Origin: Klebsormidium nitens
Lineage: Eukaryota > Plantae > Klebsormidiophyceae
DNA length: 43,922 bases
NCBI GenBank assembly: GCA_000708835.1
Contig: DF237630.1
Location: forward strand, 1-43,922
Direction of reading: 5' to 3'
How positions within the stretch are numbered: the first letter of the stretch is position 1; each line of letters starts with the position of its first letter. The translations under genes were made by a program, and so were the position numbers. Below are positions 1 to 10,600 of this stretch, one piece after another. The notes under the pieces were generated by a model. The model saw nothing but the letters and a program-made list of their open reading frames with translations, was not told where the DNA came from and did no database searches.

Positions 1-235
1 TCTCGCTTGCAAATGACGAAAGGAACGGGTTTTGCCAAAGTAGTAAAGATGTAAGTAAACATGTCCCCCGTTCTAATCCGCGGCTCTTCTCCTTTGTCCC
101 CAACAATCCTCTTCTTCAATGCAGGGACTGCCAACTTCGTCGGCACCCCCTGAATATGCTGGCAAAAGCTCAGCATCCATGCTTAAGTGCAACCTCAAAG
201 CTCCCCTTGAAAGTCTCTCATCTCCCCCCCCCCCC

Positions 236-3200
236 TCAGACCTGCTCATTCCCCTGCAGAGTGGCCTGGATCGACCCCCCCGTCCCCTTCTTGCCGTCCA
301 CCTCCTCCTGCGCGTTTTGCCGGTTTCTAAACTCCGCCGGCGCGTATAGCCGCACGCCCGCCTCTCGTTCGTGGTCATGATAAGCGGACCCCCCGTGCTT
401 GCTTACATCCATCCCGGCGATTTCGACGTCCGGCGAGACGCGCAGCCACCCCGCCTTATGGAGGAGGAAGAAGAGGGGGCCCATCGTCGCAGACACCCAG
501 CCGGCAATAACTAGAATGTCGATAATCTGGGCAGCAAACAGCTTGCCGCCGCCGCCGTAGAAGAGGCCGTACGGTGTGGGTGTGCTGTCGTCCTTGCCGG
601 AGTAAGCCTGCAGAGAAGGCAGTGTTTCGTCGTTATCCCATGAACGAGATCTTTAGGGTTTTGAAATTCCTGGGCTGTCAGAGATAGACATGGGCAGGCC
701 GGCTCAAAGTTGAGGGGTTCCGACTGGCTACTCCAATTGCGACGGCATGTAAGAAACACAGGCGTCTTTCTCCAAATGATGCGGCTTTCACGTGTTCGTT
801 TACCGTGCATCTTTCTCTCAGGCTTCCACACTGTTTTGCATGGCCGATCACATCCTGACCTTTTCTCAGACCTTTCACACTCTTTTGCATGGCCAATCCT
901 ACCCTGATCGACGGACCTTGATTTACGTTTGCCCGATTTTTCTCCTCTTTTTCATAAGTTACTTAATCAACAGGACGGCTCCTTTTTTAGGTGCTCAATT
1001 AGACCCCGCGACTCACCTCCAAGATGAATTCCTTCTTGGCCAGCAAACCTACGAAGAGCAAGCCGAAAGCGCCGCACCCCCCGTGCAATTGGAACGCCTC
1101 CAACGGATCGTCGTAGCGGAAGCGCGGCATCAACTTGCACAGCCCCAGGAACACCCACGCGGTGCAGAATCCGCAGAGAACTGCGGCCCAGGGCTCGAGC
1201 ACGTGCGCGCCTGCGGTGATTGCGGCGAAGCCGGCGAGGAGCCCGTTGCAAGAGTCCTGCGGGTGAGAAGAAAAAGGGGTCATTAGGGGGCAAAAGATCC
1301 GGGCTGGGACTAGGTTTATGAGAAGCTGGGCTGCACACACAAAGAACATTTATATCGATTTACAGCAGAACTACGCAGAACATCCCCGTGCTATCTTGAC
1401 AATCTTTTCCGCAGCTCAGTAAGTTCAACCTTGGCTTGGAGCAGGGTTAAGCAAATTCGGAAAACTTGGAGAGAACGATCTCCGGAGTACGTAACGGCAG
1501 AAGCTGAAAGGCATACCATGAGTGCAGCTCGAAGTACGACGGGATGGTCAATAAAACCAGAAAGCACCTTCTAACCGTTGATCAAGCCTTCCGGAAACCA
1601 GAACGTGAGCAGCCATTTAACTGCACAATCACAGCATAAGCGCAGCTCATTTCAGGAAATTGACGAAACCATATTGACAATTGCAACGTCGCACCTTCTG
1701 AACGTCGGATCAAAATCTGTGAAACTTCAAAACGTGAGCAGCGGCTTTACCTGCACTGTCCAGTGCCCATCAGTGTACCGCCGCGCAAAGAGCGTGGTCA
1801 CAGCGGAGGCGGCCCCCGAGAGAGTGGTGCAGACCGCGATACGTCCGACAACGACCGAGTTGGCGCCAATGATGCTTAGCTGCGACCCCGGGTTGAAACC
1901 GTACCAGCCGAACCAGAGGAGGAACGTCCCGAGAACGACGAGAGTGCCGCTGTGGCCGCGAATCTCGAGCGACTTGCCGCCCTTGTCGAACCTGGAGGAA
2001 GGGGGTAAATGGGTGGTTTGAGAGAGGACGGTAGGGGGAGAACTGAGTTAAAAGGAGATTATGACGACGGTACAAGTGATCCAGGGTGGTCTGGAGAGTG
2101 TTTTGGCCCTCGGAATTTGAGCAACTCGCTGCCTTTGTCGGATTGAAAGGACGTACTATAAGTCCAGACAAAGGTTCTGAGAAGCAATTTGAAAGAGTAT
2201 CGTCAGAGCACAAATCTGGAAGGTGGGGCCAACCACAAAGGTGCTGAAACTACTAGATTGCGATCCACCTTTCAAATAGCTCGAGCAAATAGCGCAGCAC
2301 TTATTTGGGCCATTGATGGCATTCACAGTTCGCAATTCAATAGAGACCGCACACTCAACCCCTGGCTTTGATTGACCTGAAGGGTTACTCATAACAAAGA
2401 GAAAAGTAAGGCTTACCTTCCGAGGCGAGGCCCCTCAATCGTGGCCGCCCAAAACCCTGCAAGTCCGCCCACCATGTGAACGACCCCGCTGCCCGCCAGA
2501 TCGATGACACCGACATCGAACAGGTAGTTGCCGTCTGCCTTATAGGCGCACGCCCAACCGTCAGCCGACCAGACCCAGTGCGAGACAACGGGGTACACAA
2601 ACCCGGTTAGGAACGAGGAGTAGATCAGGTAGGCCTGCAGAAAGCGGGTTAAGAGATGTGTTATGATAAAGCAAGATTCTTTTGGTAAGCAACCCGGTTG
2701 AGACCGCGGAAGACAGAATCTAGTTCCAAATGAGGTTAGTCTGCAGAAAGTGAGCTTGTGAACCAGGTAAGTTTCAGCGTCGCTCCTTTGTCCTTATCCT
2801 TCAGCGGGTAATCTGGCGACCGGCAAAGTATTTATGGATGGACAGACTCCTGATACACAAGCCGCAGAACGAGGATTTCAATCGAGCGCGCAGTTACTGT
2901 CCTACCTTTCATCCACCTTACGATACCTGGCAGAGAAACTGGTCTAGAACTTATTGTAGTCAAGTTGGCGATAAAAGCCATAGAAACATGTGAGCTGAAA
3001 CCCATTTCCTTTAGGTTAGAACTACCAGTAGACATGCAACTAGTTTGAGCAGAAGCGATGGGACAAGCTGCATTTCCAGCCCTGTAACAAAGCCATGCAA
3101 ACCCGAAACTGACTTTGCATTTGTAAGCCCCGCCACTGGTTTGGTTACTTGAAGGAACTCAGTCAATGCAAGTGGCAACCACAGCCTTTCAAGAACCAGC

Positions 3201-4475
3201 AACGACCGCAAGAAAGACTTATAGGAACCAAAAGAACTCAAGAACCGTGTGAACAAAGCCGCGGTATATTTCGAGGTCAGTTGACATTGGTTAAAGACGA
3301 GCGAAGGTTTACCACAGCAAACCACAGGCCAGTTGTCACAATGTTCTGTTCAAACACTGCATCTATTGATACGCTAACTACGTTTGGGAGCCAGTATCTT
3401 CCAACCAGTCCCTATGTGCACATCGCTATCTTGTGGAGTTTTCAGACCTGAGCCTTACAACCAACAGGGTGCTGGCTTTTGATGTATGATGACATTTGCA
3501 AAACAATCAAAAAGTGGTGGCGCTGAGGTTTTCCGTGGGCCTAACCTGAAGTTGTCAACCTGACGAAGTCATTCGTCATGGAAAAGGACGCAATGCCCCA
3601 GCTTTCGACAATGTTGCGGAGCAGAATATGCAACACCAATACCCTGAGCTATCATCTATGCATATTGCAAGTCGCCCCATTGCTCGCTTCCCTAAAGGGG
3701 CGCAGCTTTTCTGGCGGCTTCCCATCTTAAAGTACCAATCCACAGCTCTTGGGTTTCCCACTTGTTTAATCCACAGTTTACTTGCTTCTCATCTTTTTGG
3801 ACCACCCAGCAATGTTACTGAATGAAAGTGCCGACTTGGCAGTCCGCACAGTCTGTCAGCACGGTAGTAGAAACATACAGTAAAAAGACAACAGCAATCA
3901 AACCAGTACAGGACAGAAAAACCAGGACAAAACGGTGGAGAAAAGGCAAAAGCAGAAAGGTTCAGAAAGATAAAACAAAAAGAACAGGTTGTCAGAGTCA
4001 AGAGTTTGATCACCATGTGGGGGCACCATACCTGAAACTTGGTCCTCTCCGCAATCGACCCCGACGTGATGCCCGCACACGCGATGGCAAACGACCACTG
4101 GAAGATCCATGTCCGGTAATCTGTGAATTCGTGCATTGCAAAGTTGGACACCCCAATAAACCCGTTCGCATTCTTCCCCGTCCCGTACGCAAACGCGAAC
4201 CCGAACAGGTAGTACGAAACAGCCCCCGCCGCAGCGTCGAGCACGTTCGTCAACAGAATGTTGAGCGCGTTCTTGGCGCGCACGAAGCCGGCGCAGAGCA
4301 TCGCGAACCCGATTTGCATCGAGAACACGAGGTAGGCGGAGAAGAGGAGGAAACCGGTGTCGACTCCGTCGGCAAGGCTCTGGAGCTCGGTGCAGAGCAG
4401 GTCCGTCGCTGCGGGCCCGTTCGCCCCGACGGCCGAGGAGAAGTTGGCGCGGAAGACATCCGAGCAGAACGACAT
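236..4475 (-). CDS. AMT1: Ammonium transporter, AMT1 family (~504 aa, 5 exons)
   Basis: Manual splice model complement(join 4475-4032, 2634-2417, 1991-1751, 1256-1017, 607-236), 1515 nt, all GT-AG with consistent phase. Motifs: [79 protein letters not shown] (twin His) and C-tail [12 protein letters not shown]. Confidence 0.96.
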
Positions 4476-6943
4476 GGTAACGGCCTGGTTTGACCGTCCC
4501 CGGGTAAGTCAGAAGTCGGTGCCAACAACTATGCTGGGTGGCTGATGGGAAGAAGTGGTAAAGGGATGCCTTGGCAAGGAACTAGTGTCTTGTGAGAATG
4601 AAGAATGGAAGCATTAGGCAGGTAGGTTCAAAAGGAACAATGAGCACCATGGACAAGGTCGCGCAATGTGGTTCTGTGACCAACAGGTTCGAAGAGCTTC
4701 TGCAACAGGGTCGACCTAGCAGGCGACCTCAGCTCAAGGAAGATGAACTTTCCACGATGTCGCCAACAATGAAGACATGAAGACAGCTGCCTGTTTGCGG
4801 CGCCTTGTGCTGAGGACCAGATGCAGCCACACCTGGCCACACCCTCCCTTTACCAGCGTACAAGGTCTGCTCTCATAGGTGGATGCCGCCATGTGAATGT
4901 CATGGCACCTTCTTCCTCGAATCAACAGCATGTTGACAGCTGTGAAAACTAGAAAGGCTTGCGATGAATACCTCCATGCGGTAATGGTTGTGCTCAATTA
5001 CCAATGGACGGCAGGAATGTCGTACGGATCAGCACAAACGGTTGCGATACGACGCAATCCCGGAACACCGTCGACTTTCAACTTTCAAATTCAAAGTTTT
5101 CATATTTCAGACTTTGGTTTTCAATACGTGTAGTTCTGCACTGCCCTCGCTGCAGCTCGTCGGATCCGACGCATGGCAGGCTCCTTTGTGGCCAATGGGT
5201 GACATGACAGTAATTGATACAGTCCCTTGAGTGACATTCGGATTGTGCGCCCACATTTGATTTCTGCTGCAGCGGCGCATGAAAGGTATGAATACCTATA
5301 TCCTTTGCATTAGTGATAGTTATAACCGTTATTAGTAGATAATTTGACGGTGGTTAAGTTGACGGCATTGCGCCCGGCCGCAATTGCTTCGATCCTGGAA
5401 ACAATATCACACTGAGAGGCACAGGCCATGGTCGGCCGCCAGCCACGTACGCGACATTCTAAGATAGCTTTCGGTTGGTTGCCGGCCTTAGCATACGCAC
5501 ACAGATGGACTTGGATTATCGATCTTCCATGATTGCAGCCTGAACACTGGTTGAGGATTTATGCAGATTTCGTCCATATCAGTGCATGCTCGCTTGCTAT
5601 CAAGCATGGAAGTGGAAGACTGCAGTGATAAACTTGTTACAAACATGCTAGCCCAGCCGTAAACAATCGCAAGCAACTTGTCGTTTGTACATACAATCAC
5701 AGAGTTCTGGGAACCGCCTACTATTGCACACTCGCTCGCAGCGACCACAAGCTTTCAAAGGTGGTCAGTCGTGCATATGATGGGTTGCGCTGACCGTTCC
5801 CTTGGCGCAAGCTTACTCCGGAAAGACGACGAAGTTACTATGCTCACAAGATTCTCGAAGTTGCAAAATGAGTGTTTCGCTCGCTAGCAGAAAACTTGTT
5901 GACTAGTGCTTTATTGTCAAACCGTGGACGAGCCCCTTCCAGGTCAATTTGACCTCGGTCTCTCAGAGCCTATCACTCAGCCACTTGGCGCCGCTTCTGT
6001 ACAAGCGAACCACAAGACGGTGGCTTTTAGCATCTTCGTTGAACAATCTGAGCAGATTCGTCTTTCTCTATAACCGTATATGCTCTGAGCTGGCTGGTTC
6101 TGTATGTACACTTCCGTCTACAGGGCGGTTGCTAGGGCTTCAAAAACCAGACGATCAAGAACAATCCTATCGTCACTGGTATAGCCGGGTAAATATACGA
6201 CAGCCATTGCCTGTGCATGAAAAGAGACCAATCTGAAATCTGAAATTGAAGGTGCAACTTGGGAAAAGGTTTGAAGCCAATCGTTATCATGCCGAAGTCT
6301 TCTTTTTCGTTTTCATTTCCAGCTTTAAAAACTAGAACAGTGCGAGTATCTGCATCTGAACCTTAAGAACCGCCACTGCGTTCCAAATCTCGTGGCAACT
6401 TTTTGAATTTAAGAAATTTCCGACGGGATTAAGTAGATGCAAATTTTACGATGATCCATCACCCAGCAAGTGTATACCTCAACAAGGTAGAAAACGGCTT
6501 GAACATTCTGCATGATCGTGACCACAGGAAGCGCATCTTTCTCATACGTGCAGCAGCTAGCTTCAAACTGATTATTACCGCCAAAGTTCGCAGGATCCAA
6601 GCATCTGTAAAGCTCTTCAGAATCTCGAACGAGGTTTGCAACACATAACCTGAATAAGACCATATCAAAACCAACGAAAGAAAAAGCTGTAGCGCTCAAC
6701 CACGACCAGCTTTCCCATTGGGTTACCCCCCTTCCACCCACTCATTCTTAGATTTCGAAAGCCAAGCCACCACATAACAGGAACCCAAAGCATAACAGAA
6801 GGAAAGCACAAGATATCAGTCTCCATGATGAAACTCACCCAATCACGTTCTTGATAGTCCCCCAGAGCCCCCCCTCCTCTTTCTTCTCCTGTGCCCGGGG
6901 CTTGCCGCCCGCGCTCGACTCGCGGGTCACTCCCGGAGTGCCA

Positions 6944-7025
6944 CCTGCACAGGGGTACAGGGCACCAAGATTTGAGAGCCGGTGGAGCTGCCGCTGGGTA
7001 TGGATGCCCCGCACCCCTGTGCAGG
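6944..7025 (-). ncRNA. Candidate pre-miRNA-like hairpin
   Basis: Arms 7025-7003 and 6966-6944 form 23 contiguous pairs on the minus-strand RNA (20 Watson-Crick, 3 G:U) around a 36-nt loop, with a short lower stem at about 6931-6938/7028-7034. On the plus strand the 3 wobbles become A:C mismatches. No expression evidence. Confidence 0.5.
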
Positions 7026-7623
7026 GTTCCGGAGGGGAAGGAGGGGGGGCGGAGCGGAACCGGGGGAAACGGGGCCGGACGGAAGGAGCTCAAGCAAAGC
7101 AATCGAACGGGAAGTGCGCACAAAAACTAGTCTGCAAACCGACTCTTAGCGGAAGGGGGCACAAACGAAATCGAGAGACAATCGTGCAACCCGAGCTGTG
7201 AAACCGAGGGTTATATGCGGCCAGAGAAGGAGAAAGGTCAGACAGCGAGAGACTTTGAAGAAGCCTACACCACCCAAGCCCTGAAGCCACTGTCTGCTTG
7301 AAAGACCTCCATTTTTGCGCGAGCAGCAAAAGCAACTGATTCCCTCCGCCGCTAGCGGCAGAGAACAACAAGCACACGCAGCGGGATGGGACGAGACACC
7401 GCCTTGACAGAACCCAATAACTATAGCGTTCTCTGTGGCTGGAAGCAGAGTCTCGTAAACTTCCCCACACGGCAATCTCTCCAAACCACGGGGACGAACT
7501 CTTCTCGTTGGAAACTTCACTAGGCAATCTCAACGAAAAGCCCCTGGTTCATTGTGAGTTGTCCTCGATAACGAGTATTCAAAACCCCGTTCTGATGAGA
7601 TACATCCCTGAGGACATGATCAG

Positions 7624-10600
7624 TTAGGTGCTTTCTGCACGATTTTCGGTTTCTTTCAACCCAAAACTTTTTCTGCGAGACCTAGCTACCTTGGCGGGCT
7701 GCCCAGAAGACCGGCTGCTAACCGCTTTCCTAACCCCTTTTCCTGTTCCCTTGGAAGCTTTTGATCGGGTCGCCTCAGTCGAACCGTTTCTACCAGCTAT
7801 GTTAGTTTCGCTTGCACTAGGATCCTCCGACAAAGCCTCACTTCGTCGGCCATCATCTGGGTTAGTTGTGTCTGCTTTAACCTTTCTTCTCGACGAATCA
7901 CCCGACGCCTTACTTATGGGCTTTCTACGGGCATTCCTTGCCCCTGTCGCCCCAACCGACTGCTCACCAGCCTTACCGTTCAATCCCGTCTCTTTGTCCA
8001 CCTCTACTGCGTTACCTGTGGGAGATCCTACCTCCGTTTCTGCGGAAGCAAGACCGTTTTCTGTTTCTAAAGCATCAACGTCCTCCGAATGAGAAGCAAG
8101 GTTGGAGGAACGCTTCGTACGTTTACTACTGGTCGAGGAGGGCGTCGATGTGCTGGCGGTTGACGTGGCACTCGTGGATGCAGCGGCGCGCGCGGGGGTC
8201 GCTTTCACCCGCCGCCGGCCCCCCCCTCTTTGCAACTCGGCTAGCTCCTCGATCAAGCTCAACTCGTTGGCACTGCAGGAAAACAAGGGGGCGTGACGAT
8301 CTTGTAGGAGTTCAAGTGAAGCTACCACAAGCTGCGCTTACAGATTCTTGACATTTTTATCCGTTTTTCCCACCAAAAACCTGGTGTAGCTTGATGCAGA
8401 CCAGATGGAACCGAGAAACACAGTTGTAACTTGTTCATGCCTTCTTAGGTGAACAACTGAGTGGTTAGTCAGGGGCAAAGACCTGGCCAGGGCAGAGCTT
8501 TTATCAGTACCAGGTGTTATCGCTGAACACGATCAAAGCCAACGGCCATACATACATACGTCCGAGACCTGCAGAACCGCTCTCCAATAGGCTTCTTAAA
8601 GTATGAGGAAAACTAAAAGCTCCCTCGCAAGCAGGCAGTTCGGCTCTGCTTAGCTTCGACTTCTCGAAACAGCGACGAAGAACGCCAACCAAAGTCAACA
8701 GCCAAACATACCTGGGCTTCGTCGGGATGCCCACTTTCACTGAGAAGTAGTGGTTCCCTCGTTGCCGGGGGTTGCCGAGTGCCGGCACCCCGAGCTTGGA
8801 CATCATCAAAGTGTCCCCCGGTTGTGTTCCCGACGGAATCTGCAGCTGCTTCACGCCCTCGACTGTCTTCACCTGAAAGCAAGTAAAGGAAGGATTCGAA
8901 ACAGCCAGCCAGAAAGCGCGCGTCGTCATATGTTCTGCTTCCCAATCGGCAGTGGAAAATGCATGAGAGAAGTTTCACTTCGTTGGAAACGGGTGACCAG
9001 CTTCCGCTAACGGTCGACGAACCAGGTTGATTGCATGTTGGAGCAAGCAGCGCCGGAAGCAAGCACTCGCAGTGACTGCCGGGCCCAGTAATTCCTTCAA
9101 TAGCTTATGCTCACTTTTTGCAACATAAGCGTTACCCAACGAACCGATTCGGACAAGCAGCGCCGGAAGCAAGCACTTACAGTGACCTCCGAGCTCGAGA
9201 TGCTCTCCTTTAGCCAATGCTAATCCATGCGCAACATCACTGAGAATCGACGAATTTGATAGTAAAGCCAAAACAGGTGCGCCGGAAGCAAGAACTCACC
9301 GTGACCACCGTGCCCAAAATTGCCTCTATGTAGCTAATGCTGATCCTAGAGAACAGGTCTTGTCCCTCCCGCGTGATGTCAGGGTCGTCTTGCACGCTAA
9401 GATACACGTACAAGTCGCCGGCCGGCCCTCTGCACCAAAATGACGTCAACAAAATTATCAGGACGTCAGCATCAGTCACAATGAAGATACAAACTTTGAG
9501 AGGTGAGGCATTGAATTTGGGTAGAGCACTGAGGCGGAATGCCGAGAGTGCCAATTTTGAGCTTTGACCAGCGGTCCCCGGAGGTAACGTTATGCTGATA
9601 GAAGCGGCTGACAGAATCATGTCGAGCATTTTCAGCAGGCCGTTGTTTTTAAGGAAACGCAGGCATATGCAGGAAGCCCTGACACAACAGGTATCCGATT
9701 GCAATCAGACCCTTACCCTCTCGGCCCTGCGTTCCCTTCCCCCCGCACTCGTAACGTGCTCCCACTCTGGACGCCCGCAGGAATCTTCAACTTGATGGTC
9801 TTCTTGACGCGTATCCGGCCCTCCCCCCCACACTTTCGACAGAACTCTGAGATGACCTCCCCCTCGCCCGAGCATGTCGGACAAGTCGCTACCTGCACCA
9901 ACGGTAGAAACAGTGTTTGAAGTTCGTGCAGACTTGGTGACGGATTTGCAAAGATTTCCAGTCCCCTTACATATGTGAGACGAGTGCGGTAGTATCGAGG
10001 CACATTGACAAGATAGCGGAAATGCTTCCCGACTTTCCGAAGTGGGAGTCTTTAGCACAAACCTTCGGGTCAACCAGAAAGTCCGAGACCATTCAAAAGG
10101 TCGACGACAGGGTTGGCACGGAGGGCGTGCTTCTATGCGAACTAGCTCTTCCAGAAGTAATTGCTATGAAAGGAGGCATGGCCTTCATAGAACTCGTTGC
10201 AGCAACAAAGTTAACCAGTAATACAGGGCATTCCCTTATCCAGTTTCTGACGCGGCACTATCCTGTCGGGTGGTCGGAAAGGGACTGGCATCAACTCCCA
10301 CCTGCTGGAACACACCAAACGGCGTCTGTGATGTCGTGATGACCTGTCCCTGACCCCCGCACGTTGAGCACGTCTTTCGGCTGCTCCCCCCCCTGGCTCC
10401 CGTCCCATCACAAGAACCACACTGTTCCAAGTGCTGTGCCTCAAACTCCCGGTCCGCTCCAAAAACGGCCGCCAGGAAGTCCAGCTTCAGATCGAACCTG
10501 TGGATGAAGGAGCAGATTTATAAGATATATGCGAGGGACTTGCTCGCAACAGTCGCAGTTCTGGGGCTGCAGTTTGAGTCTGAATAAGTGAAAGAAACTT

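Noticed and set aside
3822-4493. 223-aa plus-strand ORF
   Set aside because: Antisense shadow of GC-rich AMT1 exon 1; no independent motifs.
4503-4510. Perfect plus-strand donor GGTAAGT just upstream of the AMT1 ATG
   Set aside because: No supporting plus-strand exon or ORF; such 7-mers arise by chance.
6944-6964. Loose resemblance of the 3p hairpin arm to miR160 (UGCC...CCCUGU)
   Set aside because: It needs gaps and several mismatches including the seed region, so the similarity is at chance level and I did not assign it to a family.
7628-8092. 154-aa plus-strand ORF
   Set aside because: Antisense to the DnaJ last exon; no start context or domain.
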